From a bacterium (GTDB taxonomy: Bacteria; DUMJ01): DNA of 64,000 bases. Location: the NCBI GenBank assembly GCA_049969715.1, contig JBMFOH010000007.1:10284-74283 (forward strand). Direction: 5' to 3'. The translations under genes were made by a program, and so were the position numbers. Of this stretch, positions 58,058 to 64,000 are shown one piece after another. Within the stretch, counting starts at the first letter, position 1; the number at the start of each line of letters is the position of its first letter. The notes beneath the pieces were generated by a model. That model saw nothing but the letters and a program-made list of their open reading frames with translations, was not told the DNA's origin and did not search any database.

Positions 58058-58300
58058 CTATGGCAGACATTTTAAAAGAAGATCAATAATATCCTCTATC
58101 TCACTAGGTGAACCTTCCTTACATCCTTCAAGATATTCTTTAAGAAACAGAGATGTCACACCTTTCAATGCAGAGCTCACTGCAAGAAGCTGAATCAAGA
58201 TATCCCTACAGGGTCTATCTTCCTCTATCATCTCTAGGATGCCACCTATCTGCCCCTCTATTCTACTCAATCTATTATTTATATCCTTTTCCATCTTCAT
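58058..58300 (-). CDS. CsoR/RcnR/FrmR-family (DUF156) transcriptional repressor, Cys-Cys type
   Basis: R.EGQ..G...M, CRDIL.QL.AV..AL. The conserved His position is replaced (EYLEGC), so the protein is not of the C-H-C copper type. Confidence 0.65.
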   Translation of the reverse strand: MKMEKDINNRLSRIEGQIGGILEMIEEDRPCRDILIQLLAVSSALKGVTSLFLKEYLEGCKEGSPSEIEDIIDLLLKCLP

Positions 58301-58357
58301 AATATACCCTCCTAGGGTATATTATACACAAATGCAGAGAAAAGAGCAATAGATAAA

Positions 58358-59362
58358 CTAAACTACCATATCTTGTTCTGCTCCGCAGAAAGGACATTTC
58401 TTATCTCTTATAAGGAATTTCTCTATATAAAAACCATACCTAGCTATAAGAAGGTTGCCACAGTTATAACAGTATGTATTCTCATACCTATGACCAGGGA
58501 CATTTCCTATGTACACATACCTCAAACCTGACTCTTTTCCTATATCATGAGCCTTCTCCAATGTCTCGATAGGGGTGGCATAAAGCTCTTTCAGTTGATA
58601 ATGAGGTATAAACCTTGTGACATGCCAAGGGGTATCAGGACCTAGATTCTCCTTTATCCAATCTGCCAAAGCTCTAAGCTGTGCCTCATCATCATTTATA
58701 GTTGGAGTTATATTGGTTACTATCTCTATATGCAAGCCCCAATGCTTCTTCGCTCTAACAGCATTATTAAGGATACACTTAAAATCTCTTACCCTTGCAA
58801 CCCTCATATAGGCTTCCTCAGTAAATGCCTTCACATCTACCCTATAGGCATCTAGATATGGGGCAATAGTATCTAAAGCCTCTTGGGTAATATAACCATT
58901 CGTTACATAAACTGTATACAGATTCTTCTCCTTTGCCAGTCTAGCAGTATCATAAGTATACTCAAACCATACGGTAGGCTCATTGTAAGTCCATGCTATA
59001 CTTCTTGAATTCTCCTTAATAGCAAGGGCTACGCATTCCTCAGGTGTCAAGTTCGGCTGATCCTCTGGATCTATATGGGCAATCTGCCAATTCTGACATC
59101 CAGGACATCTGAGATTACAACCAAATGTCCCTAGAGAAAGGACCAAAGAGCCGGGATAGAAATGGAATAGTGGCTTCTTCTCTATTGGATCATTGGCGAT
59201 AGAACTTACCACACCATAGTTTACTGCATATAATATCCCATTCCTATTCAGTCTTGTACCACAATATCCTCTTTCACCCTCTCTTATCACACAGTACCTA
59301 GGACAGAGGTTACATCTGACAGTACCATTATTCAGCCTTTCATAAAACATTGCCTCTTTCAA
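58358..59362 (-). CDS. AmmeMemoRadiSam-system radical SAM enzyme
   Basis: CNLCPRYCVIREGERGYCG N-terminus and the GCNLRCPGCQN Cx3Cx2C cluster are characteristic of the AMMECR1/Memo-associated rSAM family. Confidence 0.7.
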   Translation of the reverse strand: MKEAMFYERLNNGTVRCNLCPRYCVIREGERGYCGTRLNRNGILYAVNYGVVSSIANDPIEKKPLFHFYPGSLVLSLGTFGCNLRCPGCQNWQIAHIDPEDQPNLTPEECVALAIKENSRSIAWTYNEPTVWFEYTYDTARLAKEKNLYTVYVTNGYITQEALDTIAPYLDAYRVDVKAFTEEAYMRVARVRDFKCILNNAVRAKKHWGLHIEIVTNITPTINDDEAQLRALADWIKENLGPDTPWHVTRFIPHYQLKELYATPIETLEKAHDIGKESGLRYVYIGNVPGHRYENTYCYNCGNLLIARYGFYIEKFLIRDKKCPFCGAEQDMVV

Positions 59363-60075
59363 GAGACCATCTCCTGAAACCTCATAGCATTTTTATACAT
59401 CTTGGTATTGTTAAAGAACACATATACATTATAATCCTTTAGAGGCTCTATATAAAGTAAAAGTTCTCTCAAGTCTTCATCGGAATAGTCGTATTGATAG
59501 ATGACCCTACCAGGGGGAGAACCATGCAGTCTAAAATAGTAGGTATTGAACATAGGTATAGGCTTTAAGTTCTCCTTCATAAGAAGGAATGGGTCTATTA
59601 CAGGAATACTCATAGACTCTTTGGCAAACTCATTCCTTTCGGCAAATTCTAAGTTCCTTGCCTCTAATGCAAATCTCACTGTAGGGTCTTGGCATAGATC
59701 AAACATCTCTTTTATATTCTCCATATTTTTAGAGGGGAAACCCTTTGAAAGCTGAAAAAGTATGATAGGAGATTCTAACTCTTTAGCAAAGTCTATATAA
59801 AATCTGATAAGTTCTAACGACTTATCGCTAGAGAATCTGTCTAGGTGAGTAATAATTCTAGATACCTTTATCGTAAAGATAAAATCAGAATTAACCTCTC
59901 TAGCCTCTTTTTTCCATCTAGTAGAAGTAGAAAATCTTGGAACTTTATAGAATGTAGAGTTCACCTCTACAGTGTTAAAGATAGAACTGTAATAAGCAAG
60001 GATACTCTTGTAAACACCACTAGATTCTTTAGGTCGCTCTAGATATCCCCACCCACAACAACCGATATAAATCAT
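59359..60075 (-). CDS. DUF72 (UPF0759) family protein
   Basis: [10 protein letters not shown] start is typical of DUF72. Confidence 0.7.
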   Translation of the reverse strand: MIYIGCCGWGYLERPKESSGVYKSILAYYSSIFNTVEVNSTFYKVPRFSTSTRWKKEAREVNSDFIFTIKVSRIITHLDRFSSDKSLELIRFYIDFAKELESPIILFQLSKGFPSKNMENIKEMFDLCQDPTVRFALEARNLEFAERNEFAKESMSIPVIDPFLLMKENLKPIPMFNTYYFRLHGSPPGRVIYQYDYSDEDLRELLLYIEPLKDYNVYVFFNNTKMYKNAMRFQEMVS

Positions 60076-61232
60076 TTCAGTTCTTCTAAAAAACTCCTTC
60101 CAGGAAAACTTCTATCTTCTATATTAAAAGCCTCAAGAATAGTAACCCCTATATCAGCAAATGTATCTCTCACTCCTAGATATTTAGGAGAGACCATTTT
60201 CCCAGTCACAAGGAGAGGAACGTATTCCCTTGAATGGTCTGTACTTGGGGTAGTTGGGTCATTTCCATGATCGGCGCAGACAATGAGAATATCATTTGGT
60301 AAAAGATCATCCATTACCTCTTCTAACCTCTTATCAAACTCTTCTAGTGCCTCTGCCAGCCCCTTAGGATTATTTCTATGGGCATAGAGGGTATCAAAGT
60401 CAGAGAGATTAGCAAAGACTAAGAGATCTTTTGGGTTCTCCTTCTCTATCTGGATAAGGGCATCTACAGTTTCCATATTTGTGTGGGTATGGTTCGATTG
60501 GGATAATCCTTTTCCACTAAAGATATCCTCAATCTTACCTAAACCAATTGTCATTATATTATTCTGTAGTAATACATCTAATACCGTCTCTGCTGGAGGA
60601 GGAAGAGAAAAATCCTTTCTATTAGTAGTCCTATAAAAGTTCCCTGGCTCTCCTAGAAAAGGACGAGCTATCACTCTAGCTACCCCATGCTTACCAGTTA
60701 AGATTCCTCTTGCAATCCTGCAGTAATTGTACAACTCTTCCAATGGTATTACCTTCTCATGGGCAGCTATCTGAAACACACTATCTGCAGATGTATACAC
60801 AATAGGATAACCTGTCTTTATATGAAGCTCTCCAAGTTCTTTTATAATCTCTGTTCCAGATGCAGGTTTATTACCCAAGACCTTTCTCCCTATGGCATCT
60901 TCAAATTGAGATATAACCTCTGATGGAAACCCATTAGGATAGGTAGGAAAATCTTTAGGGGTTATAACCCCCATCATCTCCCAATGACCTATGAGAGTAT
61001 CCTTCCCATCAGACTTCTCAGCCATCTTTCCATAAGCCCCAATAATATCGGGCTCATCACTCAACCCGCTTACCAGTTTTCCAATACCTAACCTCTTCAG
61101 ATTGGGAATATCTATATCTCCAACAACTTTTATTGTGTTTCCAAGGGTATTGCTACCCTGATCTCCATACCTATATGCATCAGGTAACTCCCCTACACCA
61201 ACCCCATCCATAACAATAAGAAATATCCTCAT
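60072..61232 (-). CDS. deoB: phosphopentomutase
   Basis: [24 protein letters not shown]-terminus and the alkaline-phosphatase-like core. Confidence 0.85.
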   Translation of the reverse strand: MRIFLIVMDGVGVGELPDAYRYGDQGSNTLGNTIKVVGDIDIPNLKRLGIGKLVSGLSDEPDIIGAYGKMAEKSDGKDTLIGHWEMMGVITPKDFPTYPNGFPSEVISQFEDAIGRKVLGNKPASGTEIIKELGELHIKTGYPIVYTSADSVFQIAAHEKVIPLEELYNYCRIARGILTGKHGVARVIARPFLGEPGNFYRTTNRKDFSLPPPAETVLDVLLQNNIMTIGLGKIEDIFSGKGLSQSNHTHTNMETVDALIQIEKENPKDLLVFANLSDFDTLYAHRNNPKGLAEALEEFDKRLEEVMDDLLPNDILIVCADHGNDPTTPSTDHSREYVPLLVTGKMVSPKYLGVRDTFADIGVTILEAFNIEDRSFPGRSFLEELK

Positions 61233-61233
61233 C

Positions 61234-61872
61234 TCACTCTCCAGTCCATATAGTATTTAATGCCTCTATTACTTCTTCATCACTTACCTGATAGAACTCC
61301 TCATAAAACTGTCCCACTGCATAGAAATAATCTGGCACAATAAGTGCAATCACCTCTGCCTCCCTCTTTAGTCTATTCACTGCATCAGGAGATGCTACAG
61401 GGACAGCTACTATTATTCTTTTAGGGGACATTAGTTTGACACCTTTTACAACAGAAAACATAGTGAGTCCAGTAGCTAGACCATCATCTACTAAGATAAC
61501 AGACTTTCCCGTGATATCTATCTGTGACCTTTCTCCTCTATATACGGTAAGTCTTCTATTTATTTCCTCCAGTTCTTCCTTTACTATCTTCTCTATATAA
61601 TCATTAGAGATACCAAGTTCTCTGATACTTGCCTCATTAAGAATTACGTTGCCAAGAGAATTTATTGCACCTATTGCATATTCTTTATCAAATGGAGCCC
61701 CCAATTTTCTAGAGATGGCAATATCAAATGGACAATTTAGTATCTTAACTACCTCTTTTGCTACTATCACTCCACCTCTAGGGATACCAAATACAACAGG
61801 ATTCGATATCTTTAACTCCTTCAATGCCATACCAAGGTTTATACCGGCATCCTTTCTATCTTTGTATACCAC
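61234..61872 (-). CDS. phosphoribosyltransferase-domain protein (COG1926-like)
   Basis: Tandem-PRT arrangement with the PRPP motif [10 protein letters not shown]. Confidence 0.65.
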   Translation of the reverse strand: MVYKDRKDAGINLGMALKELKISNPVVFGIPRGGVIVAKEVVKILNCPFDIAISRKLGAPFDKEYAIGAINSLGNVILNEASIRELGISNDYIEKIVKEELEEINRRLTVYRGERSQIDITGKSVILVDDGLATGLTMFSVVKGVKLMSPKRIIVAVPVASPDAVNRLKREAEVIALIVPDYFYAVGQFYEEFYQVSDEEVIEALNTIWTGE

Positions 61873-61873
61873 T

Positions 61874-62953
61874 TTATCCCCTTTCTTCTTTGTACCACAT
61901 AAGAAAGACCCCGACGAGAAATCCTATCACATTAGGAAGCCATGGACCAGCTATAGGAGAAAGTATTCCATTTCTTGCCAATGCCCTACCTAAGGCAAGA
62001 AAGATATAGTATATAAAGATGATGACTATGCTTACTCCAAGTCCATAGAATCTTCCTCCTCTTACAGGAAGGATACTTAAAGGAGCTCCAAGAACAGCAA
62101 GGATAGCTGCTGCAAAGGGGATAGAAAACTTCATCTGATAGTCTACTTCTAGGTTTCTTGTATTGATTCCGCTCTTTTTGAATGAATCTATTCTCTCCTT
62201 AAGCTCTCTAGCACTCATCTCATCAGTAGTCTTCTGCTCCTTGTAAAAGGTCTCTAGGTTTACATTAAGATTTAGGAGAAGCCTCTTGAACTTACTCTGA
62301 AGGCTTATAATTCCATCTTTATCATAATAGTGAATAGCTCCATCCTCTAATATCCATTCCTTATCTTCAACTATTATCCTTTTAGCAGAGATCACCTGTG
62401 GAGGTAACCCCGGAGTAAGAGAATACAAAAGGATGTCTGTACCTGTCCTCGTGCTGGGATCATACCTACCAAGATAGATGTATCTATTCTCTGGAGCCTT
62501 AAAAAATACATTGTCCTGAATGACAGGGAGTGGGTCTTTAAATATCGCCTCTCTTATAAGGGTCTCTCCCTGGTGAACAGACCATGGAGCAATGAACTCA
62601 CTTATAGCAAAATTCCCTACACTTACTAGTATACCGAAGACTATTATAGGCAAGAATATACGAGAAAGCCTTATCCCACCGATCCTAAATGCAGTGATCT
62701 CTCCATCTCTAGCAAGTCTATTCAATGCCAGTAATACCGCAAAGAGACTTGCTATAGGAAAGCTTATAGTCAATACCCCCGGTAGTTCATAGAAAAAGAT
62801 TCTTATTATATCTACAATAGGGGTTCCTCTATTTACAAAGAGGTCTACTAGATTAAATAGCAAACTAGCCGAGAGTATAAGGGCAAAACCAAATACTCCT
62901 GCAATAAATGATGGGAATGTCTCCTTTATCAAATATCTATCTAGAATCTTCAT
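61874..62953 (-). CDS. LptF/LptG-family permease (YjgP/YjgQ)
   Basis: MKILDRYL.KE start and a 3+3 TM topology with a periplasmic beta-jellyroll region. Confidence 0.75.
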   Translation of the reverse strand: MKILDRYLIKETFPSFIAGVFGFALILSASLLFNLVDLFVNRGTPIVDIIRIFFYELPGVLTISFPIASLFAVLLALNRLARDGEITAFRIGGIRLSRIFLPIIVFGILVSVGNFAISEFIAPWSVHQGETLIREAIFKDPLPVIQDNVFFKAPENRYIYLGRYDPSTRTGTDILLYSLTPGLPPQVISAKRIIVEDKEWILEDGAIHYYDKDGIISLQSKFKRLLLNLNVNLETFYKEQKTTDEMSARELKERIDSFKKSGINTRNLEVDYQMKFSIPFAAAILAVLGAPLSILPVRGGRFYGLGVSIVIIFIYYIFLALGRALARNGILSPIAGPWLPNVIGFLVGVFLMWYKEERG

Positions 62954-62955
62954 AG

Positions 62956-63678
62956 TTATATTATACCTAGTTTACACTTTAATACAAGGAGGAAAAACCT
63001 AGGAATAAATACAAGTCTCTTTATCCTCTTAGGATCCTTAATTACTCTATAGAACCACTCCATTCCTATAGATTGAATCCACTTGGGTGCTCTTGGGATC
63101 GTCCCACTTAATACGTCAAAACTCCCTCCTACACCTATAGCGAGTCTTACAGGAAGGTCCTTATGCTTGCTTATCCATATCTCTTGTTTTGGCATCCCTA
63201 GTCCCACCACCAAGAAGGAAGGCTTTAACCTCCTTATCTCCTCTAGAACCTCTTCCTCTCTATCACCAAAATATCCATTATGAAATCCAACTATATTTAT
63301 CCCTGGGAAGATCGCCTTTATATTCTCTTTTGCCTTAGAAATTACCTCTTCTCTTGCACCTAGAAGATATATCCCTACCTGATTCTCTCTACAGAAACTA
63401 AATATATCTATTAAAAGGTCAATCCCTGCAATCCTCTCCTTTAATCTCTTATCTAGAAACCTAGACGCCTTAATAAGCCAACTACCATCAGCAACTACCA
63501 GGTCTGCCTCATTTATTACCCTTTTAAAATTCTCATTCTCTTGAGCAATCACTACTCCTTCTGGATTTAGGGTAACGATATAGTGGAAAGAATCCCCTAG
63601 TAAAAATCTCTTAGCATATTCGATAGCTTCATTCTTGGTAAGATTATCTATTCTTAAACCAAAGATTGTATAGCTCAT
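62956..63678 (-). CDS. WecB/TagA/CpsF-family glycosyltransferase (N-acetylmannosaminyltransferase-like)
   Basis: FGL..DNL....A.....L, V.DGS, YLLG and PKQE.W motifs. Confidence 0.75.
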   Translation of the reverse strand: MSYTIFGLRIDNLTKNEAIEYAKRFLLGDSFHYIVTLNPEGVVIAQENENFKRVINEADLVVADGSWLIKASRFLDKRLKERIAGIDLLIDIFSFCRENQVGIYLLGAREEVISKAKENIKAIFPGINIVGFHNGYFGDREEEVLEEIRRLKPSFLVVGLGMPKQEIWISKHKDLPVRLAIGVGGSFDVLSGTIPRAPKWIQSIGMEWFYRVIKDPKRIKRLVFIPRFFLLVLKCKLGII

Positions 63679-64000
63679 CTATAGGCCTAAATGTTTCCTC
63701 CTCTTTTTTTAATAACTTTTCTTTTATATCTCTTATATGATTCTTTAGAGCTTCCCTATTATCTAGCGAAGAGATAATAGCATCCTTTATAGCATCCTTA
63801 CTTTCTGTAAGGGATAAAAGTCGTATTTTAGGGAATACTGATGAAAAAGCACTAACTTTTGGATCGTAGGCTATCCCTATAAACGGAACATCAAGGAGAG
63901 CAGAAAGGACTAATGGATGTAATCTCATCCCTAAAACCAACCTAGAAGAAGATATCAAATTAATTACGTCTTCAATGTGATCCCAGAAGAATATGTCTCC
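63644..64000 (-). CDS. polysaccharide pyruvyl transferase, C-terminal part (gene continues beyond window end)
   Basis: RLH..VL.AL..VP.IGIAYDPK is a C-terminal CsaB-type motif. The reading frame stays open to position 64000, and the ORF track's M is an internal TTG. Confidence 0.5.
   Translation of the reverse strand, partial: GDIFFWDHIEDVINLISSSRLVLGMRLHPLVLSALLDVPFIGIAYDPKVSAFSSVFPKIRLLSLTESKDAIKDAIISSLDNREALKNHIRDIKEKLLKKEEETFRPIDELYNLWFKNR

Overview
This 64-kb window looks like chromosome from a low-GC, probably thermophilic anaerobe. The sequence shows densely packed, often overlapping genes, a class III anaerobic ribonucleotide reductase, a ferredoxin oxidoreductase subunit and a Thermotoga-type sensory-rhodopsin-transducer (ASRT) homologue. 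I found no rRNA, tRNA, CRISPR array, transposase or integrase.

Main blocks, in order:
- 120-5273: a surface PEGA-repeat protein, a ferritin-like protein, family-4 uracil-DNA glycosylase, an orphan ABC ATPase fused to an unknown C-terminal domain, and a secreted zinc phospholipase-C-like protein.
- 6245-16120: a mannan/glucan utilisation locus with GH5 and GH2 hydrolases, a uroporphyrinogen-decarboxylase (URO-D)-family protein, a ribose-type ABC transporter, a GntR/LacI hybrid regulator and a cupin.
- 16205-18524: a small Cys-rich protein coupled to a DUF1537 acid-sugar kinase and a PdxA-family dehydrogenase (threonate/erythronate-type module).
- 18769-29788: Sir2 deacylase, a GT-C-like membrane protein, a beta-CASP RNase, a second URO-D paralogue, Nramp, and an operon pairing a very large membrane protein carrying a degenerate spermidine-synthase-like domain with an exported protein-L-isoaspartate O-methyltransferase.
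- 29833-34141: an nrdD-dcd-nrdG-arsC-pyrR operon.
- 34158-40772: a divergent pair of tightly packed operons. One is hypothetical / Zn-alcohol dehydrogenase (ADH) / creatininase-family / Zn-ADH. The other is winged-helix (wHTH) protein / radical-SAM-SPASM enzyme with a ~120-aa N-terminal extension / cupin. I consider this the best candidate for an undescribed system: it is mycofactocin-reminiscent but lacks precursor, MftB and MftD.
- 41837-44029: a fragmented GH36 alpha-galactosidase pseudogene.
- 44082-52058: acpS, anmK, an orphan PorG-like subunit, an M20 peptidase, a glyoxalase and a MEDS-PAS-HD-GYP / response-regulator / histidine-kinase module.
- 52096-53981: ASRT-like and CDF genes.
- 54147-58300: a thiol-redox operon with a His-less CsoR-family regulator, two atypical thioredoxins (CPPC and CMPC), TrxB and UppP.
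- 58358-64000: a stand-alone AmmeMemoRadiSam radical SAM enzyme, DUF72, deoB, a PRTase, LptF/G, a WecB/TagA transferase and a partial pyruvyl transferase.

All calls rest on motif recognition in the supplied translations and sequence reading; no database search was run.
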